Position numbers and translations under genes: made by a program. This document shows positions 52,178 to 61,441 of a stretch of 64,000 nt of DNA, piece by piece (the stretch's first letter is position 1; each line of letters opens with the position of its first letter). Source of the stretch: a candidate division WWE3 bacterium (GTDB lineage Bacteria; Patescibacteriota; WWE3; UBA101185; UBA10185); NCBI GenBank assembly GCA_014729135.1, contig WJKK01000001.1, forward strand, positions 260,588 through 324,587, read 5' to 3'. Below the pieces are notes generated by a model that saw nothing but the letters and a program-made list of their open reading frames with translations, had not been told where the DNA came from and ran no database searches.

Positions 52178-54826
52178 ATGCTAGAAAAAATATTTGGCGT
52201 AATCTTTGACACCAACGAAAAACAACTCAAAAAACTGCAACCTCTTGTGCAAAAAGTAAACTCCCATGAAAACGAAGTGCAAAATTGGTCAGCCCAAGAC
52301 TTTAAAGATCAGACAAAAAAATGGCAAGAACAACTGCAACAAAAACCCTACGAAAAACAGCAAGAAATCCTAAACCAAATACTCCCTAAAGCCTTTGCTG
52401 CAGCCAGAGAGGCTGCAAAAAGAACCGTAGAAATGCGCCCTTACGACGTACAGGTTTTAGCAGGAATCGTCCTCCATCAGGGAAAAATTGCCGAGCAAAA
52501 AACAGGAGAAGGAAAGACCCTAACAGCCACAATGCCTCTTTATCTAAACGCCCTAACCGGAAAAGGCTGCCACTTAGTCACTCCCAACGACTACTTATCC
52601 AGACACGGCGCAGGCTGGATGGGCTCCGTTTACAACTACCTAGGACTTTCCGTTGGCGTAATCATGCAGGAAAAAGCCTTCATCTACGACTCCGAATACG
52701 AAAACTCTACATTTCAAGACGAATACGCCAAGCATCTAAAAGAAGTTGATCGAAAAGAAGCCTACAAAGCCGACGTAACCTATGGAACAAATCACGAATT
52801 TGGCTTTGACTACCTTCGCGACAACATGAAACACAACTTAGAAGAACTCGTTCAAACCAATCCCAATGGAACCTTAGGCACACACAATTTTGCCATTGTT
52901 GACGAAGTAGACTCCATTTTAATTGACGTGGCACGAACGCCTCTAATAATTTCCACGTCATACTCGCAACCCACTTCTCGCTATCAGGAAGCCAACAATA
53001 TTGTTAAAGGGCTTTTAAAAGGAACCGACTATGAGGTGGATGAGAAGTATCGCAGCTCCACTCTAACCGAGTTAGGAATTCGCAAAGTGGAAAAACTTTT
53101 AGGTGTGGGGAATTTGTACGAGGAAGATTTTGAGATGGTGCATTTAATTGAGCAAGCTTTAATTGCAAATACGCTTTATGAAAAGGACACGGACTATGTG
53201 GTTAAGGATGGTCAGGTAGTTATTGTGGATCAGTTTACAGGGCGTTTGTTGCCAAGTAATCGCTATTCGCATGGGTTGCATCAGGCTATTGAGGCTAAAG
53301 AAGGAGTTGCTATTCAGGAAGAATCCCGTACGCTTGCGGAAATCTCGTATCAGAACTATTTTAGGATGTATTCAAAACTTGCCGGCATGACAGGTACTGC
53401 AGCAACGGAGGCGGAGGAGTTTAAAAAGATTTACGATCTTGACGTTGTTATTGTTCCGACGCATCGTCCTATTGCGCGAAAAGATCACAACGATGTGGTC
53501 TATAAAACTATTTCCGCTAAGTTTAAGGCAGTGGCGGATGAAATTGAGGAGCGTCACAACAAGGGTCAGCCGGTTTTGGTGGGTACGACTTCAGTTGAGA
53601 AGAGCCAACTTTTGCATAATTATTTGGTGCGAAAAAAGATTTCTCATGAGATTTTGAATGCTAAGAATCATGAGCGGGAGGCTTTAATTATTGCTCAGGC
53701 AGGTAAGCCGGGAGCAGTTACGGTTTCTACAAATATGGCCGGTCGAGGTGTGGACATTATTTTGGGAGGGGATCCTTCTACTGATGAGGAGCAGGAGAAG
53801 GTTAAGGAGTTGGGTGGTTTGCATGTTATTGGTACTGAGCGGCATGAGTCTCGCCGTATTGACAATCAGCTTAGAGGCCGTTCAGGGAGGCAGGGCGATC
53901 CGGGGTCTTCCAGGTTTTTTGTGTCTCTGCAGGATGATTTGATGCGAATTTTTGGAGGAGCTCGTGTGGAGGCGCTGATGAATCGTTTTGGGCTGGATGA
54001 GAATGTGCCTTTGGAAGCAGGAATGGTGAGTAAGGCCATTGAGAACGCGCAAAAGAAGGTGGAGGGTTTTAACTTTGACCGCCGTAAGAGTTTGGTGGAG
54101 ATGGATGACGTTATGAATGTGCATCGTGAGGTAGTTTATAAGTTGCGTCGTCGTATTTTGGAGCTTGCTTCTGGGGATGAGTCTCATGTGGATTGGTTTT
54201 TGCAGGAGCTTGCGGAGAAGGCTGGTTTTGATGCTGCGGTTTGGGAGGAGAAGAAGTCTTCGTTTGTTTCGGAGCATGGTTTGGGGCAGTGGCGGGAGGT
54301 TTTGAAGCAGTTGACTTTGCCGGTGGTGGATCTTTTGTGGATGGAGCATTTGGTGGATATGGATCAGCTGAAGGAGGGGATTGGTTTGCGGGGTTATGCG
54401 CAGCGGGATCCTATGGTGGAGTATAAAAAGGAGGGGCATGCGCGGTTTGAGGTTTTGGTTCGCAAGATTTATGCGTCTATTGCGGATCGGCTGGAGCGTT
54501 TTCGTGGGGCGGGTCGTGCAGAGGATTCGTCGGCTTTGTCGGGAGGTTCTCGAGGGGATGTTTTGGAGCGTAGTATGGCTCAGGCGCAGTATACGAAAGG
54601 GGATTTGGAGGCGGGGGTTTCTGATGAGGCTGCTTTGGTCCAGCAGGGGCGTGGGCCGGGTAGTTCCGGAGGTTCCGGTAGCTCTGATGACGGCTTGCGC
54701 GACAGGATAGGTCGCAATTTCAAGGTTAAAAAGGTCAGTGGATCTTCTTCAGAGGATGTAGGTAGAAACGATCCCTGCCCTTGTGGAAGCGGCAAAAAAT
54801 ACAAGTACTGCTGCGGCAAAAACTAA
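52178..54826 (+). CDS. secA: preprotein translocase ATPase SecA
   Basis: DEAD-motor motifs, preprotein cross-linking domain, C-terminal zinc finger CPCGSGKKYKYCCG; 882 aa. Confidence 0.95.
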   Translation: MLEKIFGVIFDTNEKQLKKLQPLVQKVNSHENEVQNWSAQDFKDQTKKWQEQLQQKPYEKQQEILNQILPKAFAAAREAAKRTVEMRPYDVQVLAGIVLHQGKIAEQKTGEGKTLTATMPLYLNALTGKGCHLVTPNDYLSRHGAGWMGSVYNYLGLSVGVIMQEKAFIYDSEYENSTFQDEYAKHLKEVDRKEAYKADVTYGTNHEFGFDYLRDNMKHNLEELVQTNPNGTLGTHNFAIVDEVDSILIDVARTPLIISTSYSQPTSRYQEANNIVKGLLKGTDYEVDEKYRSSTLTELGIRKVEKLLGVGNLYEEDFEMVHLIEQALIANTLYEKDTDYVVKDGQVVIVDQFTGRLLPSNRYSHGLHQAIEAKEGVAIQEESRTLAEISYQNYFRMYSKLAGMTGTAATEAEEFKKIYDLDVVIVPTHRPIARKDHNDVVYKTISAKFKAVADEIEERHNKGQPVLVGTTSVEKSQLLHNYLVRKKISHEILNAKNHEREALIIAQAGKPGAVTVSTNMAGRGVDIILGGDPSTDEEQEKVKELGGLHVIGTERHESRRIDNQLRGRSGRQGDPGSSRFFVSLQDDLMRIFGGARVEALMNRFGLDENVPLEAGMVSKAIENAQKKVEGFNFDRRKSLVEMDDVMNVHREVVYKLRRRILELASGDESHVDWFLQELAEKAGFDAAVWEEKKSSFVSEHGLGQWREVLKQLTLPVVDLLWMEHLVDMDQLKEGIGLRGYAQRDPMVEYKKEGHARFEVLVRKIYASIADRLERFRGAGRAEDSSALSGGSRGDVLERSMAQAQYTKGDLEAGVSDEAALVQQGRGPGSSGGSGSSDDGLRDRIGRNFKVKKVSGSSSEDVGRNDPCPCGSGKKYKYCCGKN

Positions 54827-54880
54827 CCCTCAATTTTTCCCAAAGGAGCTGTCCCTTAAATCTGGTACAATCTAAGCACA

Positions 54881-55312
54881 ATGAAATTTACTAAAAAGTT
54901 TTATTTCAGCTTTGCCTTGCTCCTCACAGTTAGCGCTTTAAGTTACACTGCCTTTATCACATTCAGCCCACGCCTCTTAGCCAAAGTTTCCGAAAGCGTA
55001 AAAGGCACCTACATCCACAGCGAATTCTCCTACCTTCCCTCCATTGAAGACGCCACCGAAATCAGCGCCAACTACAAATCCGAAGGGTTTGAACGCTCCT
55101 TTGTAATGAGTCAATCCTGCGAAAACGTTCCCCAACGCTTCTATAAAAACGTATTAACTGCCGACGAATGGATTGCCGAAAAAACAGAAAGCAAAGAAAG
55201 CTACCAAGCCACCACCTACAAAAAAGGAACGCAAAAAATTAGAGTCGCCTCCTTTGATGATCCCGAAAAAGATGAATGTCTAATAACCCTAGTAGGCTAC
55301 CGCTCCGAATAA
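54881..55312 (+). CDS. hypothetical secreted protein
   Basis: N-terminal signal peptide/TM MKFTKKFYFSFALLLTVSALSYTAF; 143 aa. Confidence 0.4.
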   Translation: MKFTKKFYFSFALLLTVSALSYTAFITFSPRLLAKVSESVKGTYIHSEFSYLPSIEDATEISANYKSEGFERSFVMSQSCENVPQRFYKNVLTADEWIAEKTESKESYQATTYKKGTQKIRVASFDDPEKDECLITLVGYRSE

Positions 55313-55320
55313 ACCGCCGT

Positions 55321-57117
55321 CTACTCCGCCGTTCCCACCAAAAACACCGCTCGCCAAGGCCTATACACACTCTTATAAGTCTCCTCAAACAAAACCTCCT
55401 CATCCTTACTAACCGTACGCGAAAAAACAGAAGTCCCTCCCGGAGCAGCAAAATCTATCTGTCTAGTTACCCCTTTAGCCAGAGTATCCGTTTCCTCATA
55501 CAAAGGGGCCGGCGCACCCGTCACTCCTGTAATTTCAGGATCCGTAATTTCAACCTCACGCCCATCGGGAGTTCCATAAATATTAAAAGCCAACTTACTT
55601 TCTTCCGGCATCGATTCAGCCTGCACCAAAACGTAATTTGGCGTATCGTTTTTAAATCTAAAATCCAGGGCGGGCTGATAAATGGAGGCGTCAAAGCCCA
55701 CAGGTTTGTCCTGCTCGTAATAGGAAACTCGATAAGCATGTGGATGGCGCTCTACAACAGGAAGGCCTGAATTCAAAACCGCCCTAAAAAGTGTAGTAGA
55801 CGTTTGGCAGACCCCTCCTCCCGCACCTAAAATAGTTCGTCCGTTAGAAATTATCCAGGCAGAGTTATATCCGGTTGCTCCACTAATGGCGCCAACAGCT
55901 TGGTTTAAAGAATAAGTTTCCCCGGGAGGTACCAGGACTCCACTTGCCCTTTCAGCAGCCAGCGTTAAATTATGAACTCGAGAAGCTCCTGAACCTGAAT
56001 AATCCGATTCCCCTCGCCCCAACAGAGCAAAAATCCCATACTTAGTTAGATCTGAGGAATTGTTTGTTGGAATAGTTGTAACAGCAACTTTTTCTTTATT
56101 TTCAAAAAGAGCTTCCTTAAAATCCTCTGTAAAGGCTTTAATATCAAGTTCCTCGCCTTCCTCAATAATTTCAAACTCTAAAACTTGGCCTTCCTCCGTT
56201 TCCTCAGTAACCAAACCTCTAGGAAGCACATTAACTTTTTCCGCCAGCCTTTCCAGATAACTTTCAAAAGTCTTAGTATTTAATTTCAAGCTTAATTCTC
56301 CCTCTCCTAGATCCCCATCCGTTTTAGCCACGCTCACATACTCCAACTTTTCCTTAGGGGTAATTTCCCAAGCATTTTCATTATGCGTTACCGTTAAATC
56401 GTTGCGCGCCAAAATCTCCACATCTGCTTTCAATCCCTGCAAATCCGACGCCAAAATATCAGCTTCTTCCACAACAACCGGCAGCTCCTTCTCGGAATAC
56501 TCCAGATTTTCAAAACTTTGCAGCACCAGGCGATAAAGCGCATTACTGTTAATCTTCCTGCCCACTTGATCCTTTTGGATTTGCACGTTTTCCTCTTCAT
56601 CCAGATAGAAGCGCGCATTTACAGAAGGTTGATCCACCAAACCCTTAATTTCACTTAAACGCTGCTCCAAAAGGTTGGTATTAAAGTCGCTTGCCGCCTT
56701 TATAGGTTGCGGTTTAATTAAACCAGCCAGCTTTGTCTTTAAATCAACGAGAAAATTTCCGGTTCGCCCGGCATTAAAAGCTGCTTTAACTGTGCTTTCA
56801 GCGTCATATTCCAACTCTAAATTTTGGGTTTTAATTTCATAAACGGCGCTCTCCTCCGAGTCCTTTAAAACTAGCGTATACTCCTTCTCAAAAGGATTCT
56901 CCAAAACCTTTAAAGCTTCCGTTGCAGTCATCCCTCCAAGTTTTATATCTGCAACTCTAACCCCCGGGATTATCTTGTTGGCAAAGTAAGCATGATAGGC
57001 CGAAAATATCAAAAGCCCCCCAAAGACAGCAAGCACAAGGGTTTTCCCCCACACAGGTAACTTTGCCTGCATCATCTTATCCCAGGTTTTGTTGATTTCC
57101 TTTTTAGCTTTAGCCAC
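55321..57117 (-). CDS. VanW-family protein (membrane-anchored, peptidoglycan-associated)
   Basis: N-terminal TM; GGGVCQTSTTLFRAVLNSGLPVVERHPH matches the conserved VanW-domain core. Confidence 0.6.
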   Translation of the reverse strand: MAKAKKEINKTWDKMMQAKLPVWGKTLVLAVFGGLLIFSAYHAYFANKIIPGVRVADIKLGGMTATEALKVLENPFEKEYTLVLKDSEESAVYEIKTQNLELEYDAESTVKAAFNAGRTGNFLVDLKTKLAGLIKPQPIKAASDFNTNLLEQRLSEIKGLVDQPSVNARFYLDEEENVQIQKDQVGRKINSNALYRLVLQSFENLEYSEKELPVVVEEADILASDLQGLKADVEILARNDLTVTHNENAWEITPKEKLEYVSVAKTDGDLGEGELSLKLNTKTFESYLERLAEKVNVLPRGLVTEETEEGQVLEFEIIEEGEELDIKAFTEDFKEALFENKEKVAVTTIPTNNSSDLTKYGIFALLGRGESDYSGSGASRVHNLTLAAERASGVLVPPGETYSLNQAVGAISGATGYNSAWIISNGRTILGAGGGVCQTSTTLFRAVLNSGLPVVERHPHAYRVSYYEQDKPVGFDASIYQPALDFRFKNDTPNYVLVQAESMPEESKLAFNIYGTPDGREVEITDPEITGVTGAPAPLYEETDTLAKGVTRQIDFAAPGGTSVFSRTVSKDEEVLFEETYKSVYRPWRAVFLVGTAE

Positions 57118-57129
57118 GTTTTTGTTTTG

Positions 57130-57660
57130 CTATTTTCTTGATCCGTTTTTCTTAGGATTGCCTATTAAGTATTTTGGAGCGTCTTCTGACATGTCGATCA
57201 TTTCTTCGGCTTCTTCCGACAAGTGTTTGGAAGCTGTTTGTCCAAAAGCAATGACCTCTGCTTTAACACCTCTACTCTTAGCATACTTCAAAAGCTCTGT
57301 GTAGTCACCATCTCCGGAGACCAGCACCACTACGTCTATTTTAGGAAGTAGTCGAATTACGTCCATACAGATTCCCACGTCCCAGTCGCCTTTTTTAGCC
57401 CCTCCATAGAAAATTTGAAGTTCTTTTTCTTTAACTTCAAAGCCTATTTTATTTAGCGCTTCGAAAAACTGTTCTTCAGCACCAACATCAGCTTTAATTA
57501 CATAGGCAAAGGCTCTAATTAGCTTCCTTTTTCCTACGGCTGCTTTTAATACTTGGGAAAAATCTACTTTAGCGGAGTAGAGATTTTTTGCGGAGTAGTA
57601 CATGTTTTGCACGTCTACAAAGACGGCTACACGTTGCTCTTTATATTTTGTTGTACTCAT
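57130..57660 (-). CDS. NYN-domain (LabA-like) protein
   Basis: VAVFVDVQNMYY ... VVLVSGDGDY are NYN/LabA PIN-like signatures. Confidence 0.7.
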   Translation of the reverse strand: MSTTKYKEQRVAVFVDVQNMYYSAKNLYSAKVDFSQVLKAAVGKRKLIRAFAYVIKADVGAEEQFFEALNKIGFEVKEKELQIFYGGAKKGDWDVGICMDVIRLLPKIDVVVLVSGDGDYTELLKYAKSRGVKAEVIAFGQTASKHLSEEAEEMIDMSEDAPKYLIGNPKKNGSRK

Positions 57661-57765
57661 TTTTTAAACCTTTCTTGTGAATAATTTTTAAAAGTCAGCC
57701 CCTAATTCACTTTTGTTTATAGGGCTGTTGGGGGTATTTTAACATGTGGGGGAGTTTTTTCTTTT

Positions 57766-58197
57766 TTATTTAAGATACTTAGCGAATATCACATAATCAG
57801 TGTCGCCAAAGTGTCTTGGCAAACTTCCTTCAATTTTGTATCCAAGTTTCTTATAAAATTCCACGGCAGATCTCCAATTTTCTCCGGTTTCAAAATAGAT
57901 TTTATGAACATCATTATTTCCGGATACTTCTTCCACCTTTTCCATTAGCTTTTTTCCAATACTCTTTCTGTAGTGTTTTGGACTCACAATTATTTCATCC
58001 AGATAAGTCACATTTGCCTGAATTGTGAACTCTATATAGCCCACTATTTCATCTTCTTGTACGGCTGTGTACATGAATTTACGTTTTTCCCAGTCAAAAC
58101 TTCTGCCGGGATAGTGTTCTTTATCTGCATGGTCCCAAGCTTCATCAAGGAATTTGTTTAATCTATCTGATTTTTCTTGTATCTTTGTTATTCTCAT
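57766..58197 (-). CDS. GNAT-family N-acetyltransferase
   Basis: acetyl-CoA binding motif YRKSIGKKLMEKV (R/Q-x-x-G-x-G/A); 143 aa. Confidence 0.75.
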   Translation of the reverse strand: MRITKIQEKSDRLNKFLDEAWDHADKEHYPGRSFDWEKRKFMYTAVQEDEIVGYIEFTIQANVTYLDEIIVSPKHYRKSIGKKLMEKVEEVSGNNDVHKIYFETGENWRSAVEFYKKLGYKIEGSLPRHFGDTDYVIFAKYLK

Positions 58198-58227
58198 GGG
58201 GTTAAAAGCTTTGTATGCTTTTGTACT

Positions 58228-58830
58228 TTAGAGCTCAATTTCCCACGCGTGCCTAACTTTTTTGTTTTCATCTGTGTATCTGAAAGCAATTTTAGCAATT
58301 TCGATTTTTTTCGGTGCTTCCTCCACGCATTTTTCAAACGCTTCTTCTGCCTTTTCGGGTTTACACCAAATACACATGTTCATATGATCTCCAACTATGC
58401 TTTCTCCCTTACTCCTTGGGTCAATTTTGTGTATATACTCCACGTATTCCCGTGTTGTAGAAACTCCTAGTTTTTCAAGAATTTCTTCGCAGAATCCGGA
58501 AAAATCTTGCAAATGTTTATCGTGGAATCTAAGTGCTATCCAGTTATGCGCTACGTTTTTTTCATCATTAGCCGATTTATGTACGTTGGTTACATGGTCG
58601 TATGTTACCGGAAACGGTTTTTTCTTTTTCAGGGTGTTTTCAAAGGTTTTTTTGATGGTTTCGATTTGTGTCTCGTCTTTATAAACACCGGAGGCCAGTG
58701 TTATATGAGCATCATTAACGTTGTTGCTTCTAGTATCTCTAAATCCGTTTTTATTGAAGAAGAGTCTGATTTCGTTTAATTTTTCTAAGTTTTCCTTTTT
58801 TGGTAAGGCTACTATGAAGAATCTGTTCAT
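58228..58830 (-). CDS. 2H-phosphoesterase-superfamily protein (LigT-like)
   Basis: HITL H-x-T-x motif near the N-terminus; a second motif was not confidently found. Confidence 0.35.
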   Translation of the reverse strand: MNRFFIVALPKKENLEKLNEIRLFFNKNGFRDTRSNNVNDAHITLASGVYKDETQIETIKKTFENTLKKKKPFPVTYDHVTNVHKSANDEKNVAHNWIALRFHDKHLQDFSGFCEEILEKLGVSTTREYVEYIHKIDPRSKGESIVGDHMNMCIWCKPEKAEEAFEKCVEEAPKKIEIAKIAFRYTDENKKVRHAWEIEL

Positions 58831-58878
58831 GTGAGTATTGTAGCGTGTATTGTTTTGTATTTCCTTTTATTTCCAGGT

Positions 58879-59445
58879 TTATGCAATTAATAATTCCAGC
58901 AATTCGGGGAACTCCTCTGTTCCTAGATTGTCAAAGCAAAAGTGTCCCTTATTCTCAAATTTAGTTACGGGCAAACCATCTACAGCCGAAGTAAGTTTTT
59001 TCACGGATTCGAGAACACTAGGCATATCATCCGCTGAATACAATACGTGAAATTTGTTGGCTTTTGCTACCAAATTCTTATCTACGTCAAAGTCAAAGAA
59101 ATCAGACGTTCTTCTATTTTCCGGATCGAGCCAAGGGGCAACTAGAACTACCTTGTCAACATTAACATCGTTTTCACTCAACCATCTGACTAAAAACCCT
59201 CCCCCGCAGCTATGCCCTACTAGAATTGTTTCCGCTGTTATGTCATGTCTTTCAAACTCTTTTTTCCAATCTTCGTATGTAGGTCCATATGCTTTTGGCA
59301 ATTCGGGTGTCTGCGTAAATATGTCTCTGATCAAAAGCTGCTTTTGCAGCCATGGGAACCAATGACTATTCGATAAAGAGGGATACTCATCACTGTAGTA
59401 CTCTTCTTTATCACAAGAACCATGTAATAGAAGTGCGTTTTTCAT
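58879..59445 (-). CDS. YdeN/RBBP9-family alpha/beta serine hydrolase
   Basis: LLLHGS ... WFPWL ... VGHSCGG nucleophile elbow; 188 aa. Confidence 0.65.
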   Translation of the reverse strand: MKNALLLHGSCDKEEYYSDEYPSLSNSHWFPWLQKQLLIRDIFTQTPELPKAYGPTYEDWKKEFERHDITAETILVGHSCGGGFLVRWLSENDVNVDKVVLVAPWLDPENRRTSDFFDFDVDKNLVAKANKFHVLYSADDMPSVLESVKKLTSAVDGLPVTKFENKGHFCFDNLGTEEFPELLELLIA

Positions 59446-59450
59446 ATCAA

Positions 59451-59969
59451 TTATATTTCCTTTAAAACTTTATACCTTAATTGAACTAATTCGTTATTGA
59501 TCTCCTTGGTTTCCAAAAGTTGGAGTTTTACATCTAAATCTGATTTTCCAAAGAGAGTTAGACCCTGTCCTATAATCAGGGGATGCACACTTAACACAAT
59601 CTCATCTATTAAATCCGCCCTTAAAAATTGCCCATTTGTATTTTCACCGCCAATAATCAGTAGATTTTCAAATCCCTTTTTTCTTGCAAAATTCACAATG
59701 TCGTTTGCACTACCTTCCCTTATCGAGAGATTCTCTGCTTCCTTGTGTAAATCTTCATTTGAAGTTAGGACTATGTTAAAGGAGTTTTCTATGGGGAATT
59801 CATCGGAATCAAACTGTTCCATGGTTTTTCTACCCATTATTACAGCATCGCTTGCCTTTATATAGGAGTAGAATTGATCCCAATCAGTCTCAGATACCCA
59901 ACTACTGTCTTCCTGCCCTCTTGTTATGTAGCCATCTATTGATGTAGCCATGTATAAAGTTATTTTCAT
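59451..59969 (-). CDS. dihydrofolate-reductase-family protein (RibD C-terminal-like)
   Basis: MKITLYMATSIDGYI ... LLIIGG ... resembles the RibD_C/DHFR fold. Confidence 0.65.
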   Translation of the reverse strand: MKITLYMATSIDGYITRGQEDSSWVSETDWDQFYSYIKASDAVIMGRKTMEQFDSDEFPIENSFNIVLTSNEDLHKEAENLSIREGSANDIVNFARKKGFENLLIIGGENTNGQFLRADLIDEIVLSVHPLIIGQGLTLFGKSDLDVKLQLLETKEINNELVQLRYKVLKEI

Positions 59970-60250
59970 GATAATGGAATTATATCAGTTTAGATTTATG
60001 GGAGTTATCCGGTATTATTTGCTTTAGTTAAAGGAGCAGCCCACCATTTGCCTTTGGCAAATGCTCCAGGTAGTTTCAACCCTTTTCAAGTTCTGACGAA
60101 CTTGAAAGGTAGCAAACAAATGTTCGCTTTCGCTCACATTTGCTTGGACCAAACGGGTCGCAAAGCGACACGTTTGGCTGAGCATACGGATCTAGAACTA
60201 TTTTACTCTCCAGGATGCATTTGAGACAAATGAGACAGTATAAAAAGGTA

Positions 60251-60823
60251 TTAGTTTGTTACATTTGGGTAATAACCATTGAATTCTTCAGTGGACAATA
60301 TATTTTGAGCATCCTGTTTAACTTTAATCTTGCTTTTACTATTAATTCTGGATGGTAAGCAATCCTGAAATATCTTTTTTATAGATTCATTTGGAGGTGT
60401 AATAAACCTATAGCCGCTAATTCTTCTCTCAACCCGATTTACAAGATTTCTGTTGTATTTTTTGCTGCCATTTCCAAAAACAAGCACATAACTCTCTCCA
60501 ACCTCAAACATAGGCACTATTGAAAGAAGTTCCTTTTTACCTTTTTTTAGTTCAACTTTCGGACGTTCAAAGCCATCACGTTTTAAAGTTCGGATGTCTG
60601 TTTTAACACCAAGTCCAGTTACTTCCTCAATATTTTTAAACACTTCAACTGCGTTTTCAAAAGCACACTCGTTTACGAATATATCAACGTCCTCGTTATT
60701 TCTATAAAAATGGCCCTGAACCGCTGCAAGTGCTATACCTCCATAAACCCAATATTCTATTCCACTATTTTCTAGTGAGGGCATAACAGTTTCAAAAATT
60801 ACTTTGAGATGTTTGTTGTTCAT
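60251..60823 (-). CDS. nucleotidyltransferase, aminoglycoside 2''-adenylyltransferase (ANT(2'')/LinB-like) family
   Basis: WVYGGIALAAVQG ... EDVDIFV parallels ANT(2'')-Ia WIGGGWAIDA ... DDIDL. Confidence 0.5.
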   Translation of the reverse strand: MNNKHLKVIFETVMPSLENSGIEYWVYGGIALAAVQGHFYRNNEDVDIFVNECAFENAVEVFKNIEEVTGLGVKTDIRTLKRDGFERPKVELKKGKKELLSIVPMFEVGESYVLVFGNGSKKYNRNLVNRVERRISGYRFITPPNESIKKIFQDCLPSRINSKSKIKVKQDAQNILSTEEFNGYYPNVTN

Positions 60824-60829
60824 GTGATT

Positions 60830-61441
60830 TTAGCTTACCTCCACCATAAACATTGCACCATCATAGAAAACATAAACCCAGACATAAATAAACTCTTCAT
60901 CATTATTATAAGCTCTCCAATACCTGAAAACTCCATCTCCAATCTCAGCATATCGGAATTTATTTAGTGTATTATCAATCAGATCTTGAGTCGGTTTCAA
61001 CATGGTTACTTTATATTTTTTGTTTATTGGGTTAATTTCGGGTCTGTGGTGAACTATTAATCCTTTAGTGAGCCTAATCAAAAATTTCTCAGCTCTCTCT
61101 ACAGGAATTGTAATTGCGGAATGTTGTAGTCCCTGTGCATCAGTCAAATTTGTTCTTATTAAGCTTTTTTTAACATTTTCTTTCAGTTTAGGACTCCTTT
61201 TGAATGAAGATCCCATAACCTTATTTTTCCATATCCAAGCGCCTTCAGAAGATCTGTTGATTTGTGCCGTTGTAAAAATTCTAAATGCTTCATCATCAAG
61301 GGATAAAACTTTATGGCAGTCTCCACAACAGCTAACCGTAACTAGGTTATATCTTTTATTTGGTGGAAAAAAACCCTTAGGTGGAATATGATCTCTTGTT
61401 AAATTTTCAGTTGAGCCACAAAGATAACAATTATCTTCCAT
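60830..61441 (-). CDS. HNH endonuclease-domain protein with an uncharacterised C-terminal domain
   Basis: CYLCGSTENLTRDHIPPK ... CCGDCH is a C-x2-C ... DH ... C-x2-C-H HNH zinc-finger nuclease motif. Confidence 0.65.
   Translation of the reverse strand: MEDNCYLCGSTENLTRDHIPPKGFFPPNKRYNLVTVSCCGDCHKVLSLDDEAFRIFTTAQINRSSEGAWIWKNKVMGSSFKRSPKLKENVKKSLIRTNLTDAQGLQHSAITIPVERAEKFLIRLTKGLIVHHRPEINPINKKYKVTMLKPTQDLIDNTLNKFRYAEIGDGVFRYWRAYNNDEEFIYVWVYVFYDGAMFMVEVS

Noticed and set aside
53372-54819. many overlapping ORFs inside secA (for example 53882..54439 minus, 185 aa, and 54381..54710 plus)
   Set aside because: Alternative-frame artefacts of the G-rich 3' part of secA. The secA frame is continuous and motif-complete.
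59990-60245. SRP (4.5S) RNA candidate because of GGAGCAGCC-like sequence
   Set aside because: The helix 8 conserved asymmetric-loop context (GGUCC...GGAAGCAGCC order) is not reproduced on either strand. It is kept only as an unexplained structured region.
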